Source: Bdellovibrionales bacterium (GTDB taxonomy: Bacteria > Bdellovibrionota > Bdellovibrionia > Bdellovibrionales > UBA1609). Taken from it: a stretch of DNA of 64,000 nt. The stretch is taken from positions 96,001-160,000 of the forward strand of contig CBDHDF010000007.1 of assembly GCA_965261545.1 (NCBI GenBank), read 5' to 3'. This document shows, piece after piece, positions 22,079 through 32,899 of the stretch. The notes beneath the pieces were generated by a model that was not told the DNA's origin, made no database searches, and saw only the letters and a list, made by a program, of their open reading frames with translations. Both the position numbers and the translations under genes were made by a program. How positions within the stretch are numbered: position 1 is the stretch's first letter; each line of letters starts with the position of its first letter.

Positions 22079-25000
22079 CTATTCAGGGGGTGCTGCATTA
22101 ATTCGAACAATTTTTTTAAAAAAAGTATAAAAATTCTTGACAAGTTTTTGAAGCAAACGACCTCTTTCATTTGTTCTTTATCGAATATGTTCCTGCATAT
22201 GCCTTAAACTCTCTGAGAGCCATAGTATTGAAAGATTGTGAAACATAGGTCGCGGGGGGCACTTCTCATTCCTTTTGCTTCTTAGAACGAATCCTAGTGC
22301 ATTTTTTTTAATGAAAAAAAGGCATGTTAATATTTTCATAAGGTAAGTATGAAAATAGAAAATATTGACGTGTCTTCAGCCATAAATAAAATCAGGAAGC
22401 TTCTTAAGAAAGAGAAGTCCCTTTCTCCCGCTTTTATTGTGGCCATTGAGTTGTTGATCAAAATCATCACTATTCTAGTAAATCAAAAAAAATTAAATAG
22501 TCAAAACAGTAGTATTGCCCCTTCTCAAGATCCGAATGGCCCTAAAAAGAAACCTAAGGAAGAAACTGGTAAGAAGCCAGGAGGACAACCCGGACACGAA
22601 GGAGCTACTTTAAAACCCGTGGATACTCCAGACAAGGTGGAGTTCATTTCTATTAATAAAGAGGAACTTCCTCCAGGTGATTACATTTCTTCTGGAGTTG
22701 AAAAGCGTCAAGTATTTGAGGTAGACCTTTCTGTGCATGTCACGGAGTATCAAGGAGAAATCCTCGAAGACCAAGATGGGAATCAGTGGGTTGCAGGTTT
22801 TCCAGAAGGAATCAATAACCCAACTCAATATGGCCCTTCTGTGAAAGCTCACTCAGTTTATATGTCCCAGTTTCAGTTAATCCCTCATCTTCGAGTCGCA
22901 AGTTACTTTAATCAATGGGGTCTATCGCTTGCTGGATCTACGGTACACAATTTTAACAAATCTGCCTTTGAGGCTCTGGAAGCTTTTGAGGAGTGGGCAA
23001 AGGAAACTCTTCTGAACTCACCTTTGATTCATGCTGACGAAACTGGAGTGAATGTTAATGGGAAGAGGCTGTGGTTTCACCTCTTGTCCAATGATACTGT
23101 GGTTCTCTATCAGGTGGACGAAAAAAGAGGCGCAGAGGCTATGGATCGCATGGGAATTCTTCCAAAATACACAGGGATTGTTTGTCATGACCATTGGAAA
23201 CCTTATTATACATATACTTCCTGCATTCATGCCCTTTGCAATGCGCACCATTTAAGGGAGCTTCAAAGAGCTTGGGAGCAAGATGATCAAAAATGGGCAA
23301 AAGAAATGAAGTCTCTTTTAGAGACAATAAACAAAGAGGTGCACGATACGCAGAACCAATGCCTTTCACAAGACCGAATTGAATATTACAAAGAGAAATA
23401 TCGAAATATTCTCTTCGAAGGGGAAAAGGAATCTCCATTAATGGAGAGGACAGAGAAAAAAAAGAAGGGAAAGGTTAAACAATCCAAATCTAGAAATTTA
23501 CTAGATCGACTGAGAAACTTTGAAGATGATACCTTGCTATTTATGAAGGACCCCATAGTTCCATTTACGAATAATATAGCAGAAAATGATCTGAGAATGA
23601 CCAAAGTTCAGCAGAAAATATCTGGGTGCTTTCGTTCGTTGATGGGAGCCAAGACATTTTGTAGAAACCGAAGCTTTCTCCTGACTTGCCAGAAAAATGG
23701 CATAGAACCTAAAGATGCTCTAAATATGCTATTTCAAGGAAAACTTCCCTCATTTATGACTCGAATTCGCCCACCCCCTGAATCAATGCCGTTTCCTTAA
23801 GAAAAATCTCTTGAAATCATTAGATAAATCGACAAGAATAAGACTTGTTTTATTTTACACCCAACCCTCAACCAAGGAGTAAGTCACATGCAATCCAATA
23901 TTGATCTCGAAAGCCCCCAAATGACGAGTTCGCGTCACAGATGACCATTTTATTCTACCAAAACTTGATTCTTCCTTCAAGCCAGAGCACCTTGTCGATC
24001 CAGAAAAACAAAAAAGGAATCGAAAATTTAATCCTCAAATTTTCTTTTTTACCATTATCTATCTTATTTCCGGAACAAATTACGAAGGCTACCAAATCGC
24101 TCTTAAGACGGTATGGACTCATTTTGGTGACCTGCTTCTCATGCCAGTCAAAAGCAGTCTCAGCAAGATACGTCAAAGTATTTCTTACCTATTTTTCAAA
24201 GATATCTTTGAATCTCTGATTACAGACTACGAACCATTGAGAAAAACGTTTCATGGTTTTTATATCTATGCCATAGATGGCGACCAATTAGCACTTCCTC
24301 GCTCTAAAGATCTTTTAAAGGAGGGTTATTGTGGGTACCCTTGCCCAAATGAGATGGAAACTCATTTCTTACGTATGTATCTATCTCATGCTTATGACGT
24401 TTTATCGGGTGTGACAAAGAATCTTTGCTATTCTCCCGCTCTCAACGAAATCGCCAATGCTATTCAAATGATAGGTAGTTTTGAGAGTAATAGCATAACT
24501 CTCTACGATAGGCTTTATTTATCTACAGAGATTATTAAGGCCCATGCTCAAGCCAGTAACTTCTTTATTGCGCGTTGTAAGCGAGGCTCTACTTTTATCC
24601 CCATTGTAAATTTATTTAATGGCCCAGGTTGGTATTCACGAATGGTTATTGAGGGGGTGGTCATTCATCTCTATAAGTATAAAAACCCAAAGACTGGGGA
24701 GTTCTCTGTTTTGGCCACTAATCTTCCGCATGGCTCCTTGGACAAGAAGGATATGGTTGCTCTTTACTCTCGTCGTTGGGAAATAGAAACGACATTTCGT
24801 GATTTTACATCGACAATGAAAATGGAGCAGTGGCACTCAACAAGCCTTAATGGAATATTGCAAGAGCTGTATTCTTATTTTTGGCTCTTCAATTATACAA
24901 AGATTCAAATGAGCATAAATGAGGATGAAGACAGTGTGAATCAGTTGGTAAAAAATGACTACAAAAAACCTAACTTTAAACTGATTCTTGATTTCATAAT

Positions 25001-25216
25001 GGATAGCATCCCTCTTTTTGTTGCGGGGCTCTATCAGAAATTTAGGAAGCAGATAAAGTTGCTGATGAAGATTTCAATGGAGAAGAGGAGGCACTTCAAA
25101 AGAAGCTATGAAAGGTCTATCAAAAGGGCTGGGAGTTCTTTTAAAAGAAATAGCTTAACGCAGAGGCAGAGGGGTGTGGTGGCTTAAGGAAACGGCATTG
25201 CCCCCTGAATAGTTAC
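22075..25216 (+). mobile_element. IS66-family element (single-ORF type); transposase 22349..23800
   Basis: 18-bp IR gtaactattcagggggtg. Motifs NSSIAPS.D, GGQPGH.G, HADETG, CNAHHLREL and PFTNN.AE.DLR. The right IR is split by IS4, and its terminal ttac is displaced to 32200-32203 by the IS110 array. Confidence 0.9.
23784..25200 (+). mobile_element. IS4-family copy 2, inserted in the IS66 right IR
   Basis: 10-bp TSD ccccctgaat (23774-23783, 25201-25210). Confidence 0.95.
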
Positions 25217-28200
25217 TATGAATCTCCGGGGTAGTTTGGACGCACGAATCCACTATCCGTTCTTCGAATTTTTTCAAATGTCCGAGTTTTTAAATCATCC
25301 TACATTACATGAAATCATACTTTTTTAACGCTCTAATCCACCTTGGTGCATTTTTTTTCACCATGAGCTTTTCATAGTCAATTCCAGGGTCTTTGTAGGG
25401 GGTGTCATTACTTATGACTGAATAAACAACTCCCATCATTTTGTGACCAACGGCAATCACTGATCTCTTGTGCCCACGCCTTATAACAAGTGATTGGTAT
25501 TTGCCTTTGAATTGTGAATTCGTCTTAATAGCACTATTGGCCATCTCACATACCAACGATTTCACATATGTGTTCGCTTTCCTCGTTCGTGAAGACTTTT
25601 TTTCCTGCGCTCTCATTATTGGATGGGCAAATCCCCATCCAGGAGCAAAAATTTCCTTTATTTTTAAAAGACTTCACATTGCCTCCTATTTCTGCAATCA
25701 AAAGCGCTGCACTTAATTCGTCAATTCCAGGTATAGTCTGGAGTAGATGCCACTGCCTTTCATAGGGTTTCATACGAATGAAAAGTTCTTCTTCAATTTG
25801 AGAGCATTCTTTTTTCAAAAAATCTATTCGATCAAGAATGCGTTGAAGAACAAAACGATTTTCTTCCGTCATCTTTCCCGACAGGGCGTAAGAAAATTCT
25901 TCGGTCTTTTGACGTAAAGACCCTCTGGCAAGAGACATCAATTTAGAAACTGATCTCTCTCCATTAGCTATGGCACGAATCATGGCCATACCAGATACGC
26001 AGTCAGCTTTAGACATTGCATAGGTTAAACGAATGCCTGAATATTCAAGAACCTTATACATACGATTTTGTTCCGAAGATATTTGGCGGATCGTTTTTGT
26101 ACGATAACGAGCCAAAAGTCTAATAGAACGAATCTCACGTGGAGGAATGAAGCTAGCTCTTAGAAGACCACAAGCACCAAGCTCTGCAATCCACTGGCTA
26201 TCCAACACGTCAGTTTTTTTACCAGTAATATTTTTGACATGAAAGGCATTGATAACATCTACTTCATAACCTTTTTCTGTCAAATCATCGTATAAAGAAT
26301 TCCAATAAATCCCTGTGCTCTCAAAAAGAACTCTCTCAACCTTATGTGGCTTCATCCAAGAGCGCATTCTAGGAAAATTTTTTGGAAAATTCTTGAACTC
26401 TTTTGTGAAAAACTTCTTCTTACCGTCTTCCACTTTGACAATCGTACACATCAACATATGTTGATGAACATCTATTCCACAAACAGAACTATAAATAATA
26501 TCCACATGACTCCTCCTTTCTGTTAGAAAAAAAGAAGGTGATAAAACTAGAGCCTTGGGATTTTGCCATAAATTCTAAAGCGAAAATAGGTCAACTTACT
26601 ATACGTCCATACACTCAGAGTGCAGGTACATGCGTGGGTTCGATCCAAAGCTCAAGACCATGTTACTTCACGGAATTAAAATTACCAATCTATTCAACGG
26701 CCACTCATCTTATCACCTTCCAATAATGTTATTGCTTTATCCTTTATTGTATCGGAATCATACATGACAAAAATACCATCAAAAGTCCAGAGTAACTAAA
26801 AGAGGCCAATTATATAGACCAGCGAAGCTGTCCACCGAGTTGCTTCGTGCAAAGAAGTGGGGGCCTAGAAAGATTCATGGGCGTGGGTGGGGAAGCAAGG
26901 CGCCCCCATGAATGTTACTATGAATCTCCGGGGTAGTTACTATGAATCTCCGGGGTAGTTTGGACGCACGAATCCACTATCCGTTCTTCGAATTTTTTCA
27001 AATGTCCGAGTTTTTAAATCATCCTACATTACATGAAATCATACTTTTTTAACGCTCTAATCCACCTTGGTGCATTTTTTTTCACCATGAGCTTTTCATA
27101 GTCAATTCCAGGGTCTTTGTAGGGGGTGTCATTACTTATGACTGAATAAACAACTCCCATCATTTTGTGACCAACGGCAATCACTGATCTCTTGTGCCCA
27201 CGCCTTATAACAAGTGATTGGTATTTGCCTTTGAATTGTGAATTCGTCTTAATAGCACTATTGGCCATCTCACATACCAACGATTTCACATATGTGTTCG
27301 CTTTCCTCGTTCGTGAAGACTTTTTTTCCTGCGCTCTCATTATTGGATGGGCAAATCCCCATCCAGGAGCAAAAATTTCCTTTATTTTTAAAAGACTTCA
27401 CATTGCCTCCTATTTCTGCAATCAAAAGCGCTGCACTTAATTCGTCAATTCCAGGTATAGTCTGGAGTAGATGCCACTGCCTTTCATAGGGTTTCATACG
27501 AATGAAAAGTTCTTCTTCAATTTGAGAGCATTCTTTTTTCAAAAAATCTATTCGATCAAGAATGCGTTGAAGAACAAAACGATTTTCTTCCGTCATCTTT
27601 CCCGACAGGGCGTAAGAAAATTCTTCGGTCTTTTGACGTAAAGACCCTCTGGCAAGAGACATCAATTTAGAAACTGATCTCTCTCCATTAGCTATGGCAC
27701 GAATCATGGCCATACCAGATACGCAGTCAGCTTTAGACATTGCATAGGTTAAACGAATGCCTGAATATTCAAGAACCTTATACATACGATTTTGTTCCGA
27801 AGATATTTGGCGGATCGTTTTTGTACGATAACGAGCCAAAAGTCTAATAGAACGAATCTCACGTGGAGGAATGAAGCTAGCTCTTAGAAGACCACAAGCA
27901 CCAAGCTCTGCAATCCACTGGCTATCCAACACGTCAGTTTTTTTACCAGTAATATTTTTGACATGAAAGGCATTGATAACATCTACTTCATAACCTTTTT
28001 CTGTCAAATCATCGTATAAAGAATTCCAATAAATCCCTGTGCTCTCAAAAAGAACTCTCTCAACCTTATGTGGCTTCATCCAAGAGCGCATTCTAGGAAA
28101 ATTTTTTGGAAAATTCTTGAACTCTTTTGTGAAAAACTTCTTCTTACCGTCTTCCACTTTGACAATCGTACACATCAACATATGTTGATGAACATCTATT

Positions 28201-31200
28201 CCACAAACAGAACTATAAATAATATCCACATGACTCCTCCTTTCTGTTAGAAAAAAAGAAGGTGATAAAACTAGAGCCTTGGGATTTTGCCATAAATTCT
28301 AAAGCGAAAATAGGTCAACTTACTATACGTCCATACACTCAGAGTGCAGGTACATGCGTGGGTTCGATCCAAAGCTCAAGACCATGTTACTTCACGGAAT
28401 TAAAATTACCAATCTATTCAACGGCCACTCATCTTATCACCTTCCAATAATGTTATTGCTTTATCCTTTATTGTATCGGAATCATACATGACAAAAATAC
28501 CATCAAAAGTCCAGAGTAACTAAAAGAGGCCAATTATATAGACCAGCGAAGCTGTCCACCGAGTTGCTTCGTGCAAAGAAGTGGGGGCCTAGAAAGATTC
28601 ATGGGCGTGGGTGGGGAAGCAAGGCGCCCCCATGAATGTTACTATGAATCTCCGGGGTAGTTTGGACGCACGAATCCACTATCCGTTCTTCGAATTTTTT
28701 CAAATGTCCGAGTTTTTAAATCATCCTACATTACATGAAATCATACTTTTTTAACGCTCTAATCCACCTTGGTGCATTTTTTTTCACCATGAGCTTACTA
28801 TGAATCTCCGGGGTAGTTTGGACGCACGAATCCACTATCCGTTCTTCGAATTTTTTCAAATGTCCGAGTTTTTAAATCATCCTACATTACATGAAATCAT
28901 ACTTTTTTAACGCTCTAATCCACCTTGGTGCATTTTTTTTCACCATGAGCTTTTCATAGTCAATTCCAGGGTCTTTGTAGGGGGTGTCATTACTTATGAC
29001 TGAATAAACAACTCCCATCATTTTGTGACCAACGGCAATCACTGATCTCTTGTGCCCACGCCTTATAACAAGTGATTGGTATTTGCCTTTGAATTGTGAA
29101 TTCGTCTTAATAGCACTATTGGCCATCTCACATACCAACGATTTCACATATGTGTTCGCTTTCCTCGTTCGTGAAGACTTTTTTTCCTGCGCTCTCATTA
29201 TTGGATGGGCAAATCCCCATCCAGGAGCAAAAATTTCCTTTATTTTTAAAAGACTTCACATTGCCTCCTATTTCTGCAATCAAAAGCGCTGCACTTAATT
29301 CGTCAATTCCAGGTATAGTCTGGAGTAGATGCCACTGCCTTTCATAGGGTTTCATACGAATGAAAAGTTCTTCTTCAATTTGAGAGCATTCTTTTTTCAA
29401 AAAATCTATTCGATCAAGAATGCGTTGAAGAACAAAACGATTTTCTTCCGTCATCTTTCCCGACAGGGCGTAAGAAAATTCTTCGGTCTTTTGACGTAAA
29501 GACCCTCTGGCAAGAGACATCAATTTAGAAACTGATCTCTCTCCATTAGCTATGGCACGAATCATGGCCATACCAGATACGCAGTCAGCTTTAGACATTG
29601 CATAGGTTAAACGAATGCCTGAATATTCAAGAACCTTATACATACGATTTTGTTCCGAAGATATTTGGCGGATCGTTTTTGTACGATAACGAGCCAAAAG
29701 TCTAATAGAACGAATCTCACGTGGAGGAATGAAGCTAGCTCTTAGAAGACCACAAGCACCAAGCTCTGCAATCCACTGGCTATCCAACACGTCAGTTTTT
29801 TTACCAGTAATATTTTTGACATGAAAGGCATTGATAACATCTACTTCATAACCTTTTTCTGTCAAATCATCGTATAAAGAATTCCAATAAATCCCTGTGC
29901 TCTCAAAAAGAACTCTCTCAACCTTATGTGGCTTCATCCAAGAGCGCATTCTAGGAAAATTTTTTGGAAAATTCTTGAACTCTTTTGTGAAAAACTTCTT
30001 CTTACCGTCTTCCACTTTGACAATCGTACACATCAACATATGTTGATGAACATCTATTCCACAAACAGAACTATAAATAATATCCACATGACTCCTCCTT
30101 TCTGTTAGAAAAAAAGAAGGTGATAAAACTAGAGCCTTGGGATTTTGCCATAAATTCTAAAGCGAAAATAGGTCAACTTACTATACGTCCATACACTCAG
30201 AGTGCAGGTACATGCGTGGGTTCGATCCAAAGCTCAAGACCATGTTACTTCACGGAATTAAAATTACCAATCTATTCAACGGCCACTCATCTTATCACCT
30301 TCCAATAATGTTATTGCTTTATCCTTTATTGTATCGGAATCATACATGACAAAAATACCATCAAAAGTCCAGAGTAACTAAAAGAGGCCAATTATATAGA
30401 CCAGCGAAGCTGTCCACCGAGTTGCTTCGTGCAAAGAAGTGGGGGCCTAGAAAGATTCATGGGCGTGGGTGGGGAAGCAAGGCGCCCCCATGAATGTTAC
30501 TATGAATCTCCGGGGTAGTTTGGACGCACGAATCCACTATCCGTTCTTCGAATTTTTTCAAATGTCCGAGTTTTTAAATCATCCTACATTACATGAAATC
30601 ATACTTTTTTAACGCTCTAATCCACCTTGGTGCATTTTTTTTCACCATGAGCTTTTCATAGTCAATTCCAGGGTCTTTGTAGGGGGTGTCATTACTTATG
30701 ACTGAATAAACAACTCCCATCATTTTGTGACCAACGGCAATCACTGATCTCTTGTGCCCACGCCTTATAACAAGTGATTGGTATTTGCCTTTGAATTGTG
30801 AATTCGTCTTAATAGCACTATTGGCCATCTCACATACCAACGATTTCACATATGTGTTCGCTTTCCTCGTTCGTGAAGACTTTTTTTCCTGCGCTCTCAT
30901 TATTGGATGGGCAAATCCCCATCCAGGAGCAAAAATTTCCTTTATTTTTAAAAGACTTCACATTGCCTCCTATTTCTGCAATCAAAAGCGCTGCACTTAA
31001 TTCGTCAATTCCAGGTATAGTCTGGAGTAGATGCCACTGCCTTTCATAGGGTTTCATACGAATGAAAAGTTCTTCTTCAATTTGAGAGCATTCTTTTTTC
31101 AAAAAATCTATTCGATCAAGAATGCGTTGAAGAACAAAACGATTTTCTTCCGTCATCTTTCCCGACAGGGCGTAAGAAAATTCTTCGGTCTTTTGACGTA

Positions 31201-32199
31201 AAGACCCTCTGGCAAGAGACATCAATTTAGAAACTGATCTCTCTCCATTAGCTATGGCACGAATCATGGCCATACCAGATACGCAGTCAGCTTTAGACAT
31301 TGCATAGGTTAAACGAATGCCTGAATATTCAAGAACCTTATACATACGATTTTGTTCCGAAGATATTTGGCGGATCGTTTTTGTACGATAACGAGCCAAA
31401 AGTCTAATAGAACGAATCTCACGTGGAGGAATGAAGCTAGCTCTTAGAAGACCACAAGCACCAAGCTCTGCAATCCACTGGCTATCCAACACGTCAGTTT
31501 TTTTACCAGTAATATTTTTGACATGAAAGGCATTGATAACATCTACTTCATAACCTTTTTCTGTCAAATCATCGTATAAAGAATTCCAATAAATCCCTGT
31601 GCTCTCAAAAAGAACTCTCTCAACCTTATGTGGCTTCATCCAAGAGCGCATTCTAGGAAAATTTTTTGGAAAATTCTTGAACTCTTTTGTGAAAAACTTC
31701 TTCTTACCGTCTTCCACTTTGACAATCGTACACATCAACATATGTTGATGAACATCTATTCCACAAACAGAACTATAAATAATATCCACATGACTCCTCC
31801 TTTCTGTTAGAAAAAAAGAAGGTGATAAAACTAGAGCCTTGGGATTTTGCCATAAATTCTAAAGCGAAAATAGGTCAACTTACTATACGTCCATACACTC
31901 AGAGTGCAGGTACATGCGTGGGTTCGATCCAAAGCTCAAGACCATGTTACTTCACGGAATTAAAATTACCAATCTATTCAACGGCCACTCATCTTATCAC
32001 CTTCCAATAATGTTATTGCTTTATCCTTTATTGTATCGGAATCATACATGACAAAAATACCATCAAAAGTCCAGAGTAACTAAAAGAGGCCAATTATATA
32101 GACCAGCGAAGCTGTCCACCGAGTTGCTTCGTGCAAAGAAGTGGGGGCCTAGATAAGATTCATGGGCGTGGGTGGGGAAGCAAGGCGCCCCCATGAATG
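25213..32199 (-). mobile_element. Tandem array of four IS110 copies (25213-26914, 26937-28638, 28795-30496, 30497-32199) with 22-bp and 156-bp right-end fragments between them
   Basis: 1702/1703-bp units, each with the recombinase split into 319-aa and 103-aa ORFs by an A7 allele. Junctions read catagtAAcattc. Confidence 0.93.
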
Positions 32200-32203
32200 T
32201 TAC

Positions 32204-32890
32204 CATTTGAATAGCATTGGCGATTTCGTTGAGAGCGGGAGAATAGCAAAGATTCTTTGTCACACCCGATAAAACGTCATAAGCATGAGATAGATACATA
32301 CGTAAGAAATGAGTTTCCATCTCATTTGGGCAAGGGTACCCACAATAACCCTCCTTTAAAAGATCTTTAGAGCGAGGAAGTGCTAATTGGTCGCCATCTA
32401 TGGCATAGATATAAAAGCCATGAAACGTTTTTCTCAATGGTTCGTAGTCTGTAATCAGAGATTCAAAGATATTTTTAAAAAATAGGTAAGAAATACTTTG
32501 ACGTATCTTGCTGAGACTGCTTTTGACTGGCATGAGAAGCAGGTCACCAAAATGAGTCCATACCGTCTTAAGAGCGATTTGGTAGCCTTCGTAATTTGTT
32601 CCGGAAATAAGATAGATAATAGTAAAAAAGAAAATTTGAGGATTAAATTTTCGATTCCTTTTTTGTTTTTTTGGATCGACAAGGTGCTCTGGCTTGAAGG
32701 AAGAATCAAGTTTTGGTAGAATAAAATGGTCATCTGTGACGCGAACTCGTCATTTGGGGGCTTTCGAGATCAATATTGGATTGCATGTGACTTACTCCTT
32801 GGTTGAGGGTTGGGTGTAAAATAAAACAAGTCTTATTCTTGTCGATTTATCTAATAATTTCAAGAGATTTTTCTTAAGGAAACGGCATTG
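32204..32890 (-). mobile_element. IS4-family copy 3, 5' half only (cut at an IS66 terminus)
   Basis: IS4 sequence stops at ...attcaaatg, followed by gtaac. IR intact at 32873-32890. Confidence 0.9.
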
Positions 32891-32899
32891 AGTCAGGGG

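Noticed and set aside
23941..24219. 92-aa MTILFYQ ORF repeated in IS4 copies as an independent gene
   Set aside because: It overlaps the transposase frame, and recurrent SNPs are non-synonymous here but synonymous in the transposase frame.
32063..32533. IS4-IS110 fusion ORF and similar junction ORFs (33030-33413, 52486-52716, 55721-56065, 60646-60843)
   Set aside because: Chimeric read-throughs across insertion junctions.
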